Part shown: in pieces, positions 37,314 through 48,118 of the stretch | How positions within the stretch are numbered: the stretch's first letter is position 1 | Layout of the letters: every line of letters begins with the position of its first letter | Origin: an uncultured Roseivirgaceae bacterium | Lineage (GTDB): Bacteria; Bacteroidota; Bacteroidia; Cytophagales; Cyclobacteriaceae | Length of the DNA stretch: 64,000 nt | Direction of reading: 5' to 3' | Assembly (NCBI GenBank): GCA_964563925.1 | Contig: CAZLZD010000021.1 | Span: 4,848 to 68,847, forward strand | The notes under the pieces: generated by a model | The model's input: the letters and a program-made list of their open reading frames with translations, nothing else | What the model was told of the DNA's origin: nothing | Database searches by the model: none | Made by a program: the position numbers and the translations under genes

Positions 37314-38567
37314 ATGGATAAAATAGGAATTATCGGTCTTGGTTATGTGGGATTACCGCTGGCCGTTGCCTTTGGCAAGAAGCGGGAGGTGATAGGATTT
37401 GATATCAATGAACATCGCATCGGTGAGTTAAAGGCAGGGCGTGATCATACGCTTGAGGTAAGTCCGGAAGACCTGGCCGATGCCAGTCAGCTTGCATTCT
37501 CCCACCAGATTGAGGACCTGAAAGACGTCACGATCTTTATCGTGACCGTTCCCACTCCCATTGACAATTACAAGAATCCTGACCTTACCCCCCTTATCTC
37601 TGCCAGCAGGGCCATAGGTAAGGTCCTGAAAAAGGACGACCTGGTCATCTATGAATCCACCGTATTCCCGGGGTGTACGGAAGAGGTTTGTGTACCCGAA
37701 CTGGAAAAAGTGAGCGGGTTAACCTACAATAAGGATTTTTTCTGCGGTTATTCCCCCGAACGAATCAACCCGGGAGATAAAGTGCACAGGCTGGAAACAA
37801 TCCGGAAAGTCACCAGCGGCAGCACCCCCGGGGTGGCCGAAAAAGTGGATGCCCTGTATCGTTCCATCATCACAGCCGGAACGCACAAAGCCGGCAGTAT
37901 CCGGATTGCCGAGGCGGCGAAGGTCATTGAAAACTCACAGCGTGATCTGAATATTGCCTTTGTAAATGAACTTGCCGTCATTTTCGGTAAAATGGGCATT
38001 GATACCCATGAAGTGCTGGAGGCGGCGGGAACCAAATGGAACTTTCTACCCTTCCGGCCGGGACTTGTGGGCGGGCACTGTATTGGCGTGGACCCCTATT
38101 ACCTTACGTACAAGGCAGAAAGTATCGGGTATCACCCGGAGGTGATCCTCGCAGGACGCAGGATCAATGATAATATGGGTATGTACGTGGCAAATGAAGT
38201 GATAAAGCTCATGGCCAATCAGGATAACCCGATCAAAAACAGCAAAATCCTTATTCTCGGGATTACCTTTAAGGAAAATTGTCCCGATATCAGGAACAGC
38301 AAGGTAATCGATGTGATCAGGGAGCTGGAAAGTTTCGGGGCGAGCCTCGATGTATATGATCCTATGGCAGACCAGGACGAAGTACGCCATGAATACGGCA
38401 TATCCATGCACACCTCCCTCCCTGAAGGGCCCTACAATGCGATCGTTCTTGCCGTGGGGCATAAGGAGTTCGAAAATATGGATCTGGATCGCATTTCCCA
38501 CGAGAATACCGTAGTTTACGACATTAAGGCATTCTTCGACAAAAACAAGGTGACACGCAGACTATAA
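37314..38567 (+). CDS. Nucleotide-sugar 6-dehydrogenase (TviB/WbpO-like UDP-N-acetylhexosamine dehydrogenase type)
   Basis: 417 aa with N-terminal IGIIGLGYVGLPLAVAF and the catalytic Cys region GGHCIGVDPYYL. Confidence 0.88.
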   Translation: MDKIGIIGLGYVGLPLAVAFGKKREVIGFDINEHRIGELKAGRDHTLEVSPEDLADASQLAFSHQIEDLKDVTIFIVTVPTPIDNYKNPDLTPLISASRAIGKVLKKDDLVIYESTVFPGCTEEVCVPELEKVSGLTYNKDFFCGYSPERINPGDKVHRLETIRKVTSGSTPGVAEKVDALYRSIITAGTHKAGSIRIAEAAKVIENSQRDLNIAFVNELAVIFGKMGIDTHEVLEAAGTKWNFLPFRPGLVGGHCIGVDPYYLTYKAESIGYHPEVILAGRRINDNMGMYVANEVIKLMANQDNPIKNSKILILGITFKENCPDIRNSKVIDVIRELESFGASLDVYDPMADQDEVRHEYGISMHTSLPEGPYNAIVLAVGHKEFENMDLDRISHENTVVYDIKAFFDKNKVTRRL

Positions 38568-38578
38568 ACAGATAACTT

Positions 38579-39601
38579 ATGGCAGAGAAAATCATTGTTA
38601 CGGGAGGCGCCGGATATATCGGATCCCATACCTGTGTGGAGCTTGTGAAAGCGGGCTTCGAACCGGTTATCATTGATAACTTTTCCAACTCGGAGCCCTA
38701 CATCGTCGACAGGATCAATGAACTGACCGGCAAAACGATCACTGTCCATGAAGGAGACTGTACGGATGCCGGTCTGCTGGAGAAGGTATTCTCAGGGCAG
38801 TCTGACATTGCCGGGGTCATTCATTTCGCCGCATTCAAGGCGGTTGGAGAATCAGCCAGGCTGCCATTGAAATATTATGAGAATAACCTGATGTCCACCA
38901 TCCACCTGCTCCGGATCATGGACAAGACCGGGGTGAGCGGACTCGTTTTCTCGTCTTCCTGTACTGTTTACGGACAGCCTGATGTGTTGCCGGTGACAGA
39001 GGAAACTCCTCTGAAGCCTGCCGAATCGCCTTATGGCCGGACCAAGCAAATCTGTGAAGATATAATATCGGATTACCTCCGTACAGGGGTATCAATGAAA
39101 GCAGTTTCTCTACGTTATTTCAACCCAATCGGAGCCCACCCTTCTTCACGGATCGGTGAATTACCCCGGGGTGTCCCCAACAACCTGGTTCCTTTCATCA
39201 CCCAGACTGCTGCCGGAATGCGTGAAAAGCTCACGGTATTCGGCAACGACTATGATACACCGGACGGAACCTGTATTCGTGATTACATTCACGTGGTTGA
39301 CCTGGCCCGTGCCCATGTGGCGGCTATCAGGCACCTGAACGAGGTACGGGAAGGGAATTACTACAATACGTTTAATGTGGGTACAGGCAGAGGCAATTCG
39401 GTGCAGGAAGTAATTGATACCTTTCAGGAGGTCAATGGGGTCAAACTGAATTATGAAATCGGCCCGAGGCGGCCGGGAGATGTGGTGAAGACCTATGCCG
39501 ACGTATCAAAATCCCGGGAAGCGCTGAACTGGAAAGCTGAATTCAGCCTGTCGGAAGCACTGAGAGACTCCTGGAACTGGCAAAAACAAATTAAGGCATG
39601 A
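38579..39601 (+). CDS. galE: UDP-glucose 4-epimerase
   Basis: 340 aa with [11 protein letters not shown] and YGRTK (YxxxK), in the typical GalE pattern. Confidence 0.92.
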   Translation: MAEKIIVTGGAGYIGSHTCVELVKAGFEPVIIDNFSNSEPYIVDRINELTGKTITVHEGDCTDAGLLEKVFSGQSDIAGVIHFAAFKAVGESARLPLKYYENNLMSTIHLLRIMDKTGVSGLVFSSSCTVYGQPDVLPVTEETPLKPAESPYGRTKQICEDIISDYLRTGVSMKAVSLRYFNPIGAHPSSRIGELPRGVPNNLVPFITQTAAGMREKLTVFGNDYDTPDGTCIRDYIHVVDLARAHVAAIRHLNEVREGNYYNTFNVGTGRGNSVQEVIDTFQEVNGVKLNYEIGPRRPGDVVKTYADVSKSREALNWKAEFSLSEALRDSWNWQKQIKA

Positions 39602-40476
39602 AGGGGATTATCCTTGCCGGCGGTTCCGGCACGCGTTTATTTCCATTGACGAAATCTGTTTCAAAACAGATTCTTCCGATATACGACAAGCCAATGGTTT
39701 ATTATCCGTTGTCAGTGCTGATGATGGCGGGCATCAGGGAAATATTGATCATTTCCACCCCTGACGATCTTCCTCACTTTGAAAATCTGCTCGGAGACGG
39801 CTCGCAAATCGGACTTTCGCTCAGCTATGCCGTTCAGCCCAAACCAGAGGGACTCGCCCAGGCATTCATCATTGGTGAATCATTTCTGGGTAAAGAACCC
39901 GCCTGTCTTATCCTGGGCGACAACATCTACTATGGTTACGGATTATCCCGGATAGTCCGGGAGGCAGCCAGCCTCGAAAAGGGAGCATTGGTCTTTGGAT
40001 ACTATGTCAATGATCCGGAACGTTACGGTGTCGTGGAGTTCAATAAAGAAGGAAAGGTCCTTTCCATTGAGGAGAAGCCCGCCAGGCCCAAGTCGAACTA
40101 CGCGGTTACCGGCCTGTATTTTTATGACAACACAGTCGTGGAGAAGGCCAAAGAGATCAGGCCGTCCAACCGCGGGGAACTGGAGATCACCGACTTGAAT
40201 AACCTCTATCTTCAGGAAGGTGCATTAAAGGTCGAGTTGCTGGGCCGGGGGATGGCCTGGCTTGATACCGGTACCCACCAGTCGTTGCTGCAAGCCAGCA
40301 ACTTTGTCCACGCCATCGAGGAACGTCAGGGACTGAAGATAGCCTGCCTCGAAGAAATTGCCTACCGCAGCGGATATATCAGCCGGGAGCAACTCCTCGA
40401 GCTGGCCGAACCATTGAAAAAAAATCAATACGGGAAGTATCTTATCAAAATAGCATCCAACGAATTCCAGGAATGA
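39598..40476 (+). CDS. rfbA: Glucose-1-phosphate thymidylyltransferase
   Basis: 292 aa with [18 protein letters not shown] and [11 protein letters not shown]. There is a 4-nt overlap with galE. Confidence 0.96.
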   Translation: MKGIILAGGSGTRLFPLTKSVSKQILPIYDKPMVYYPLSVLMMAGIREILIISTPDDLPHFENLLGDGSQIGLSLSYAVQPKPEGLAQAFIIGESFLGKEPACLILGDNIYYGYGLSRIVREAASLEKGALVFGYYVNDPERYGVVEFNKEGKVLSIEEKPARPKSNYAVTGLYFYDNTVVEKAKEIRPSNRGELEITDLNNLYLQEGALKVELLGRGMAWLDTGTHQSLLQASNFVHAIEERQGLKIACLEEIAYRSGYISREQLLELAEPLKKNQYGKYLIKIASNEFQE

Positions 40477-41483
40477 AACACCTTCTGATCACCGGCGGCG
40501 CAGGATTTATTGGCTCGAATTTCATTCTCTATCTGCATGAGAAATACCCAGACTACCGGATTATCAACCTGGACAAGCTTACCTATGCGGGAGACCCTGC
40601 CAACCTGGGCGAAGTTGCGGATTCACCTCGGTACGAATTTGTCCGGGGAGATATTAACGACCGGGAACTTGTCACTTCCCTGTTTTCACGCCATCAAATC
40701 CAGGGGGTGATCCATTTTGCGGCTGAATCCCATGTAGACAATTCCATTTCAGGGCCTGAGGCATTTATTAAAACCAATATCAACGGAACCTTTACCCTGC
40801 TCGATGTCGCCCGGACTTTCTGGCTTAAGGAGCCATTCTCCCGCGAGCAGGCCTATGAACATGCGCGCTTCCTGCATATTTCCACCGATGAGGTGTACGG
40901 TAGCCTGGGCCCGACCGGCCTTTTCACCGAACAGACACCCTATGCGCCCAACAGCCCTTACTCCGCTTCCAAGGCCTCCAGCGATATGCTGGTCAGAAGC
41001 TATTTTCACACCTACGGACTCAATGTGGTGACCACCAACTGCTCCAATAATTACGGGCCCCGACAGCACGACGAGAAACTGATCCCGGTGATCATTCGAA
41101 ATGCGGTGCAGGGTAAGCCTATACCTATTTACGGGGACGGGGAGAATGTACGGGACTGGTTGTATGTAATGGATCATTGCCGGGGAATTGACCTGGTCTT
41201 TCATGAAGGAAGGGAAGGAGAAACCTATAACGTGGGGGGAAGTAATGAACGGACCAACAACCAGATAGTCAGAACTATATGTGAAATCCTTGACCAGAAA
41301 AAACCCCGGTCAGACGGTAAAAGCTATGCCAGCCAGATCACTTTTGTCAAGGACAGGGCAGGGCATGACCGGCGCTATGCCATTGATTCATCAAAAATTA
41401 AAGATGAATTAGGATGGAATCCAGAAGAGACATTTGAATCAGGAATTTTTAAAACGGTTGATTGGTATTTGAAACGTTATTAA
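40473..41483 (+). CDS. rfbB: dTDP-glucose 4,6-dehydratase
   Basis: 336 aa with [18 protein letters not shown] and YSASKASSD. There is a 4-nt overlap with rfbA. Confidence 0.96.
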   Translation: MKHLLITGGAGFIGSNFILYLHEKYPDYRIINLDKLTYAGDPANLGEVADSPRYEFVRGDINDRELVTSLFSRHQIQGVIHFAAESHVDNSISGPEAFIKTNINGTFTLLDVARTFWLKEPFSREQAYEHARFLHISTDEVYGSLGPTGLFTEQTPYAPNSPYSASKASSDMLVRSYFHTYGLNVVTTNCSNNYGPRQHDEKLIPVIIRNAVQGKPIPIYGDGENVRDWLYVMDHCRGIDLVFHEGREGETYNVGGSNERTNNQIVRTICEILDQKKPRSDGKSYASQITFVKDRAGHDRRYAIDSSKIKDELGWNPEETFESGIFKTVDWYLKRY

Positions 41484-41584
41484 ATAACTTACTCCCAGTA
41501 AATTAATACGCCATTAGCACACTGATTAAATACTCCCTTACTTCATTTAGTTTCGCGTTCTTTCTGTTTCCGGTCATCATTCAC

Positions 41585-42604
41585 GTGCTGCAAAAAAAGC
41601 GGATCCTGGATGTCCCGGACAAACGCAAACTACATGTTGTGCATAAACCCTCCATGGGGGGAATCCCCATCTTCATGGGTGGGATCTTTGCCATGATGAT
41701 CTGGCTTCCGGCAGAGTCCTTTGTTGAGGTGCGCTACCTTTTCATGGCGCTGTCGCTGATCTTTATCACGGGCCTGAGGGATGACCTCGTCCCGCTTCCG
41801 GCCTCCGTTAAACTTGCAGGTCAGATCATTCCTGCCTGCATCATGATTTACTGGGGCGGGGTAGAATTGAATTCACTGTACGGGTTTGGCAGCGAAACAT
41901 TATTTCCAGGCATTATTACCTGGGTCCTTTCCCTGTTCACCATCGTGGTAGTTACAAACAGCTTTAATTTAATTGATGGCCTGGACGGCCTGGCGGGTAC
42001 AATCAGCCTGATTATCCTGTCTGCATTTGGTATTTGGTTTTACATGCTGGACCAGGTTGTTCTGAGTTACGTGGCCTTTGCCTGTATTGGCGGGGTGATT
42101 GCTTTCCTTCTTTTTAACTGGCAACCCAGCCGGATATTTATGGGTGATACCGGGGCACTTATACTTGGCTTTCTGATCACCTGTATGTCTATCATCTTCA
42201 TTAACAAAAACTTCGCCCTGCCTGAAGGCCACACGTATAAGTTCACCGCCACAGTGAGTACATGCTTAGCCGTCATGATTATTCCTCTTCTGGATACATT
42301 ACGCGTTTTTATCATCCGGGTGAGCCAGGGCAGGTCACCCTTTGAGGCAGATAAAAATCACCTGCACCATGAATTGATCAAACTGGGAATGCCGCATTCG
42401 ACAGCCGTCCTTATCCTTGGAATGGTCAACCTGTCATTCATTTTTGTGGTGGTTCTGGGTCAGAATCTTGGAGACAGCATTATGTTTCCGATCATCAGCG
42501 TCCTGGTAGCTGTTTACCTGATTATTCTCAAAATTGCAGGATTACGAAGCGCCCGCAGGGCCCTTTCCTTAAAATCCAAGACACAAAAAGCTGCTATTCA
42601 GTAA
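41585..42604 (+). CDS. Polyprenyl-phosphate N-acetylhexosamine-1-phosphate transferase (MraY/WecA family, GT4); 5-prime end uncertain
   Basis: 339 aa from GTG 41585 with DVPDKRKLH, NLIDGLDGLA and MGDTGA motifs. The in-frame sequence upstream, back to stop 41504, looks like the missing first TM helix. Confidence 0.85.
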   Translation: MLQKKRILDVPDKRKLHVVHKPSMGGIPIFMGGIFAMMIWLPAESFVEVRYLFMALSLIFITGLRDDLVPLPASVKLAGQIIPACIMIYWGGVELNSLYGFGSETLFPGIITWVLSLFTIVVVTNSFNLIDGLDGLAGTISLIILSAFGIWFYMLDQVVLSYVAFACIGGVIAFLLFNWQPSRIFMGDTGALILGFLITCMSIIFINKNFALPEGHTYKFTATVSTCLAVMIIPLLDTLRVFIIRVSQGRSPFEADKNHLHHELIKLGMPHSTAVLILGMVNLSFIFVVVLGQNLGDSIMFPIISVLVAVYLIILKIAGLRSARRALSLKSKTQKAAIQ

Positions 42605-43327
42605 GTTTTCCTTGTTATACAGGAAAGGATCGGGCCCCGTTTCCTTCAGAACCCGGCCGCCGGCAGCTTCCACAATTGCCTGACCGGCTGCAGTGTCCCA
42701 TTCCATAGTCGGACCAAACCGGTAATAAACATCGGCTTTGCCTTCAGCAACCATACAGAATTTCAGGGAGCTGCCCACCGATATGCTGTCCTGCACATCG
42801 TAGCGCTGCAATACCTCCTCCTCCTCAGGAGAAGCATGTGACTTGCTCCGCACTGCGATCCGGTCATCCGATTTATTGTTAACCTTCAGTGTGATTTTTT
42901 CGGTCCCTTTCAATTTGTAGGCCTCTTCCGCAGTACCCACATAATAGGTATCGAGTACCGGCGCATAAATAAACCCGGCTACAGGAACACGCTTGTGGAT
43001 AAGAGCGATGTTTACCGTAAACTCACCGTTCCTGTTAATAAACTCCTTGGTGCCATCCAGCGGGTCTACCAGCCAGTAATACTCATAGGAACGTCGCTTT
43101 TCATAGGGAATGCCTGCCCCTTCCTCCGACAGGATGGGGATGTCGGGATAATGCTTCCTGAGCGACTCCATAATGACCTCATGGGATGCCTTGTCGGCCA
43201 GGGTCAGCGGCGACTTGTCGTCCTTGTAATCGACGTCGGAAGCAAGGGCCAGGTTGGAGTATATTTTCATGATGGCATGACCAGCATGACGGGTAATTTC
43301 GAGGATAGTGTCTTGATTTATAGTCAT
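42569..43327 (-). CDS. cysQ: 3-prime(2-prime),5-prime-bisphosphate nucleotidase
   Basis: 252 aa with inositol-monophosphatase-fold motifs WLVDPLDGT and WDTAAG. Confidence 0.9.
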   Translation of the reverse strand: MTINQDTILEITRHAGHAIMKIYSNLALASDVDYKDDKSPLTLADKASHEVIMESLRKHYPDIPILSEEGAGIPYEKRRSYEYYWLVDPLDGTKEFINRNGEFTVNIALIHKRVPVAGFIYAPVLDTYYVGTAEEAYKLKGTEKITLKVNNKSDDRIAVRSKSHASPEEEEVLQRYDVQDSISVGSSLKFCMVAEGKADVYYRFGPTMEWDTAAGQAIVEAAGGRVLKETGPDPFLYNKENLLNSSFLCLGF

Positions 43328-43391
43328 TTTTCAGGGGTAAGAAGTAAAGCTAGGAAAATATGATAATGTTTAAAACTTTATTAAATAATTG

Positions 43392-43399
43392 TAGCTTTG
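43392..43399 (+). promoter_or_regulatory. -7 promoter box TAGCTTTG for cysC-cysD-cysN
   Basis: Exact TAnnTTTG, 19 nt upstream of ATG 43418. Confidence 0.5.
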
Positions 43400-43417
43400 T
43401 CGTTTCAGAAGGAAAAC

Positions 43418-44014
43418 ATGGCAGAAAATATACATCCGATTTTCGATACGATCCTGCAAACCGGGGAAAAAGAGGCCCTGTTGAAACAACGGGCCGTTGT
43501 ACTTTGGATGGTAGGTCTGTCAGGATCCGGAAAAAGCACCCTGGCACGAGGTCTCGAAAAAGCCCTTCATGAGGAAGGCTTTCTGACTGCATTACTCGAC
43601 GGGGATAATTTACGATCCGGATTAAATAACAACCTGGGATTTTCCCAGGAAGACAGAAAGGAGAATATCCGCCGGGCAGCGGAAGCATCCGCTTTGCTGG
43701 CTTCCAACGGAGTGGTTACCATTTGCTCGCTGATCAGTCCGACCCGGGAAATCCGGGCTATGGCCAAAGATATCATTGGTTCAGCGTATCGCGAGGTCTT
43801 TGTGGAATGCCCGCTGGAAGTCTGCGAACAACGTGATGTAAAAGGCTTGTATGCCAAAGCCCGTAAGGGCGAGATCCGTGATTTCACCGGCATTGATTCT
43901 CCGTTTGATCCGCCGCAGTCCCCGAACCTTCGAATTAACACCGCTGAAACATCGCTTGAGGAGGCGCTTGAGCAGCTGAAAAAATTTGTATTACCTCAAA
44001 TCAAGTATACCTGA
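43418..44014 (+). CDS. cysC: Adenylyl-sulfate kinase
   Basis: The start is ATG 43418. It has the P-loop GLSGSGKST and the DGDNLR motif. Confidence 0.95.
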   Translation: MAENIHPIFDTILQTGEKEALLKQRAVVLWMVGLSGSGKSTLARGLEKALHEEGFLTALLDGDNLRSGLNNNLGFSQEDRKENIRRAAEASALLASNGVVTICSLISPTREIRAMAKDIIGSAYREVFVECPLEVCEQRDVKGLYAKARKGEIRDFTGIDSPFDPPQSPNLRINTAETSLEEALEQLKKFVLPQIKYT

Positions 44015-44018
44015 TTAC

Positions 44019-44924
44019 ATGAGTGCATATAACCTTACCCATATAAAGGAACTGGAAGCAGAAGCCATTTATGTCCTGCGTGAAGTCGCGGCCCAGTTTG
44101 AGAATCCTGCCCTTCTGTTTTCGGGCGGAAAGGATTCGATAACGGTCGCACACCTGGCCAGAAAAGCTTTCTTCCCTTCCAAAATCCCGTTTCCACTGGT
44201 ACATATTGATACCGGTCACAACTTCCCGGAGACGATAGAATTCCGTGATAAATTTATCCGGGAAATTCATGCCGACCTCATTGTGGGGTCTGTACAGCGT
44301 TCCATCGACGAGGGAAAAGTTGCTGAGGAAAAAGGATATGCCGCCAGTCGGAATGCCCTTCAGACCGTGACCCTTCTCGATACGATCGAAGAGCACAAAT
44401 TTGACGCCTGCATCGGGGGCGCCCGCCGTGACGAAGAAAAGGCCCGTGCCAAAGAGCGATTCTTCTCGCACCGCGATGAATTCGGTCAGTGGGACCCCAA
44501 AAACCAGCGGCCCGAGCTGTGGAATATTTTCAATGGCAAAAAACACTACGGTGAGAATTTCCGCATCTTCCCTATCAGTAACTGGACTGAAATGGATGTA
44601 TGGCAATATATTCTCATGGAAAAAATTGAACTTCCCAGCCTGTACTTTGCACATGACCGCGATGTATTTCGCCGGGATGGTGTATTGATGTCAACCGGAG
44701 AATTCATGCAGCGCCGTGAACAGGAGCCGGTGGAGCGGAAAAAAATACGATTCCGTACCATTGGGGACATGACATGTACCGGGGCGGTGGAATCCAGCGC
44801 TGCCAGCCTGGAGGAAATTATTGATGAGGTGGCCGCATCACGCGTCACCGAACGCGGAACCCGTTCCGACGATAAAAGGTCAGAAGCAGCCATGGAAGAC
44901 CGGAAAAAACAAGGCTATTTCTAA
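44019..44924 (+). CDS. cysD: Sulfate adenylyltransferase subunit 2
   Basis: The start is ATG 44019 (MSAYNLTHIKELEAEAI). It has the PAPS-reductase-fold motif FSGGKDS and ARRDEEKARAKERFFS. Confidence 0.96.
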   Translation: MSAYNLTHIKELEAEAIYVLREVAAQFENPALLFSGGKDSITVAHLARKAFFPSKIPFPLVHIDTGHNFPETIEFRDKFIREIHADLIVGSVQRSIDEGKVAEEKGYAASRNALQTVTLLDTIEEHKFDACIGGARRDEEKARAKERFFSHRDEFGQWDPKNQRPELWNIFNGKKHYGENFRIFPISNWTEMDVWQYILMEKIELPSLYFAHDRDVFRRDGVLMSTGEFMQRREQEPVERKKIRFRTIGDMTCTGAVESSAASLEEIIDEVAASRVTERGTRSDDKRSEAAMEDRKKQGYF

Positions 44925-44943
44925 TATAATTACGAACAGAGGA

Positions 44944-46236
44944 ATGACTGTCAATACACAAGAAAGCGTGGACTCAAAAGGATATCTGGATATGGAATTG
45001 CTGCGGTTTACCACCGCAGGGAGCGTTGATGACGGTAAAAGTACCCTGATCGGACGCCTCCTGTATGATTCCAAGTCTATTTTCGAGGACCAGTACGAAG
45101 CCATAGAGGAATCAAGCCGGAAAAAAGGGGATGAAAATGTCAACCTGGCACTGCTTACCGACGGACTAAGGGCTGAAAGGGAGCAGGGAATCACTATTGA
45201 CGTGGCCTACCGCTATTTTGCCACCCCTAAACGCAAATTTATAATTGCCGATACCCCGGGGCATATTCAGTATACCCGGAATATGGTGACAGGCGCTTCA
45301 ACGGCCAACCTGGCCCTTATCCTGGTCGACGCACGTAAGGGGGTGGTCGAGCAAACCTATCGTCATACATTCATTGCTTCCCTGCTGGGGATTCCTCACA
45401 TTGTCTTCTGTATCAATAAAATGGACCTGATCGATTACGATGAGGGTAAATTTGAGGAAATCAAGGATGCCATCGAGAATTTTTCATCGAAACTGGATGT
45501 AAAAGACATCAGGTTTATTCCGATCAGTGCCCTGAAAGGGGATAACGTAGTTAATACATCGGAAAACACACCATGGTACAAAGGGGGTACACTCCTTTAC
45601 ATGCTCGAAACGATCCATATCGGCAGTGACCATAACCACATCGATTGCCGCTTCCCGGTCCAGTGTGTGATCCGTCCGCAATCGGATGAATATCATGACT
45701 TCAGGGGGTATGCAGGCAGAATTGCCGGAGGTATCTTCAAGCCCGGAGACGAGGTAATGGCCCTGCCTTCCGGTTTTACCTCAAAGATCAAGACCATTGA
45801 AACGATGGATGGTACGCTCACCGAGGCATTCGCCCCGCAGTCAGTAACCATCACCCTGGAAGACGAAATAGATATTAGCCGGGGCGATATGATCGTCCGA
45901 ACCAATAACCGTCCGCATGTGGACCAGGATGTGGAAATGATGATTTGCTGGATGAGTGACAGGCCCCTTCAGCTCAATGGCAAATACATGGTTAAGCATA
46001 CCACGAACGACGTGCGTTGTGTCGTGAAGGATATCCAGTACAAGGTGGATATCAACACCCTCCACCGCCTGGAGAAGGACAAGGATATCCAGATGAATGA
46101 CATTGCCAGGGTGCGGATCAGGACGACCAAACCTTTGTTGTTTGACCGGTATAACCGAAACAGGAATACAGGAAGCCTCATCCTAATCGATGAAGCCACC
46201 AATGAAACGGTTGGCGCTGGAATGATCATCACATGA
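44944..46236 (+). CDS. cysN: Sulfate adenylyltransferase subunit 1 (GTPase)
   Basis: The start is ATG 44944. GTPase motifs: GSVDDGKST, DTPGH, NKMD. Confidence 0.96.
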   Translation: MTVNTQESVDSKGYLDMELLRFTTAGSVDDGKSTLIGRLLYDSKSIFEDQYEAIEESSRKKGDENVNLALLTDGLRAEREQGITIDVAYRYFATPKRKFIIADTPGHIQYTRNMVTGASTANLALILVDARKGVVEQTYRHTFIASLLGIPHIVFCINKMDLIDYDEGKFEEIKDAIENFSSKLDVKDIRFIPISALKGDNVVNTSENTPWYKGGTLLYMLETIHIGSDHNHIDCRFPVQCVIRPQSDEYHDFRGYAGRIAGGIFKPGDEVMALPSGFTSKIKTIETMDGTLTEAFAPQSVTITLEDEIDISRGDMIVRTNNRPHVDQDVEMMICWMSDRPLQLNGKYMVKHTTNDVRCVVKDIQYKVDINTLHRLEKDKDIQMNDIARVRIRTTKPLLFDRYNRNRNTGSLILIDEATNETVGAGMIIT

Positions 46237-47261
46237 TTCAGGAAAAAGTAAACCAAATATCAGCAGAGATTGAGGCCTACCAGGCTGAAACCAGCGACGA
46301 ACTGGAACAATACCGCCTGCGGTTTATCAGTAAAAAGAGCGTCGTAGGCGAACTCTTTGGATTGCTTAAGGATGTCCCCAATGAGCAAAAAAGAGAGGTA
46401 GGACACCTCCTCAATCAACTTAAGGAACAGGCACAGGCCAAATTCAAGGAGCTGATCAAAGGACTTGAGTCAACTTCAGGCGGAGGAAAGGATGCCCCCG
46501 TGGATATGACCCTGCCTTCCGCGGGATTTGAGCGCGGAAGCATACATCCCCTGACCTATGTGCGAAACAAGATCATCGAGATTTTTGAGCGGATAGGATT
46601 TAATGTGGCAGACGGACCGGAAATTGAGGATGACTGGCACAACTTTACCGCGCTTAATTTCCCGGAAAATCATCCGGCACGGGAAATGCAGGATACGTTT
46701 TTTATCGAAAAGAATCCGGATATCGTCCTGCGCACCCATACTTCGGGAGTCCAGATTCGGTTAATGGAAAATAAGAAACCGCCTTTGCGGAGTATCATGC
46801 CGGGAAGGGTATACCGGAACGAAGCTGTCTCGGCACGGGCTCACTGTGTGTTTCATCAGGTGGAAGGGCTCTATGTCAACAGGAACGTGAGCTTTGTGGA
46901 TCTGAAGCAGACTCTGTATCATTTCGCGAAGGAGATGTTTTCTCAGGACACAAAAGTAAGATTCAGGCCTTCATTTTTCCCGTTTACCGAGCCGAGTGCA
47001 GAAATTGACATCTCGTGTCAGATCTGTAATGGTGACGGTTGCCAGTTATGTAAATACACCGGGTGGGTGGAGATTGCAGGTTCCGGCATGGTTGATCCCA
47101 ATGTCCTGGAAAACTGCGGCATTGACAGTACCGAATTTACCGGCTTCGCATTTGGAATGGGCATCGAACGTATTACCCAGCTGAAATTCCAGGTTAATGA
47201 TCTCCGTCTCTACACGGAGAATGATGTTCGCTTTCTCAAACAATTCAGCACCTTACACTGA
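46233..47261 (+). CDS. pheS: Phenylalanine--tRNA ligase alpha subunit
   Basis: 342 aa with class II motifs (FPENHPAREMQDTFF, GRVYRNE, GFAFGMGIERI). There is a 4-nt overlap with cysN. Confidence 0.97.
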   Translation: MIQEKVNQISAEIEAYQAETSDELEQYRLRFISKKSVVGELFGLLKDVPNEQKREVGHLLNQLKEQAQAKFKELIKGLESTSGGGKDAPVDMTLPSAGFERGSIHPLTYVRNKIIEIFERIGFNVADGPEIEDDWHNFTALNFPENHPAREMQDTFFIEKNPDIVLRTHTSGVQIRLMENKKPPLRSIMPGRVYRNEAVSARAHCVFHQVEGLYVNRNVSFVDLKQTLYHFAKEMFSQDTKVRFRPSFFPFTEPSAEIDISCQICNGDGCQLCKYTGWVEIAGSGMVDPNVLENCGIDSTEFTGFAFGMGIERITQLKFQVNDLRLYTENDVRFLKQFSTLH

Positions 47262-48118
47262 TGCAATCCTTGCGCACCATAGCGGTGGTGGGTGCGGGCA
47301 CCATGGGACAGGGCATAGCCCAGATGGCTGCAATGGCCGGTTTTGATACCCTCCTTTTTGACGTAAACCAGGAGGCCCTGGAGAATGCCCTGAAAGGAAT
47401 TACCGGTAACCTGGACAAAGGGATCGACAAAGGCAAGGTCACTGAAGAAGAAAAGAAAGATACCCTGGCCCATATACGCCTGGTCTCTGACCTGGACGAA
47501 GTGCAGGCCGATTTTATAATCGAAGCTATCATTGAGAACCTGGAGGTTAAACGGGACCTCTTTACAAGGCTGGAGGCCATCAATGCGGCGCATACCATCC
47601 TGGCTACCAATACATCGTCATTACCGGTAACGCGCATTGCTACGGGCATGCAACGTCCCGGAAATATCGTGGGCATGCATTTTTTCAATCCTGCACATAT
47701 CATGAAACTCGTGGAAGTGGTCAGGGGAGCGGCTACCCGGGAAGATGTTGTACAAATTACCTCTGAACTGGCCGTAAAAATGAATAAAGTACCGGCTCAA
47801 GCAAAAGACAGTCCTGGTTTTATCGTTAACAGGGTAGCGAGGCATTTTTATGTGGAGTCACTTAAGATCCTTGAAGAACAGGCAGCGGATGCGCCGGCGA
47901 TAGACCGGATTCTCAGGGCTTCCGGTTTCAGGATGGGTCCTTTTGAGTTAATGGACCTGATCGGCGTGGATACCAACTATTCAGTAACGGAAAGTATGTT
48001 TCATTCCTTCCACTATGATGCGAAATTCCGGCCCAGCCGCATACAGCAGCAAATGGTGGATGCCGGACATCACGGGAGAAAAACAGGGCGCGGGTTTTAT
48101 GAATATGACAAGGAGTAG
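47261..48118 (+). CDS. 3-hydroxybutyryl-CoA dehydrogenase
   Basis: 285 aa with VVGAGTMGQGIA, GMHFFNP and PGFIVNR. The start shares 1 nt with the pheS stop (TGATG). Confidence 0.93.
   Translation: MQSLRTIAVVGAGTMGQGIAQMAAMAGFDTLLFDVNQEALENALKGITGNLDKGIDKGKVTEEEKKDTLAHIRLVSDLDEVQADFIIEAIIENLEVKRDLFTRLEAINAAHTILATNTSSLPVTRIATGMQRPGNIVGMHFFNPAHIMKLVEVVRGAATREDVVQITSELAVKMNKVPAQAKDSPGFIVNRVARHFYVESLKILEEQAADAPAIDRILRASGFRMGPFELMDLIGVDTNYSVTESMFHSFHYDAKFRPSRIQQQMVDAGHHGRKTGRGFYEYDKE

Noticed and set aside
36292-42604. The nucleotide-sugar cluster lacks rfbC/rfbD, glycosyltransferases, a flippase and a polymerase. I considered whether it is a decayed O-antigen/capsule locus.
   Set aside because: All six genes are intact and tightly coupled. 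Precursor-supply clusters separated from the assembly genes are common. Absence from this window says nothing about the rest of the genome.
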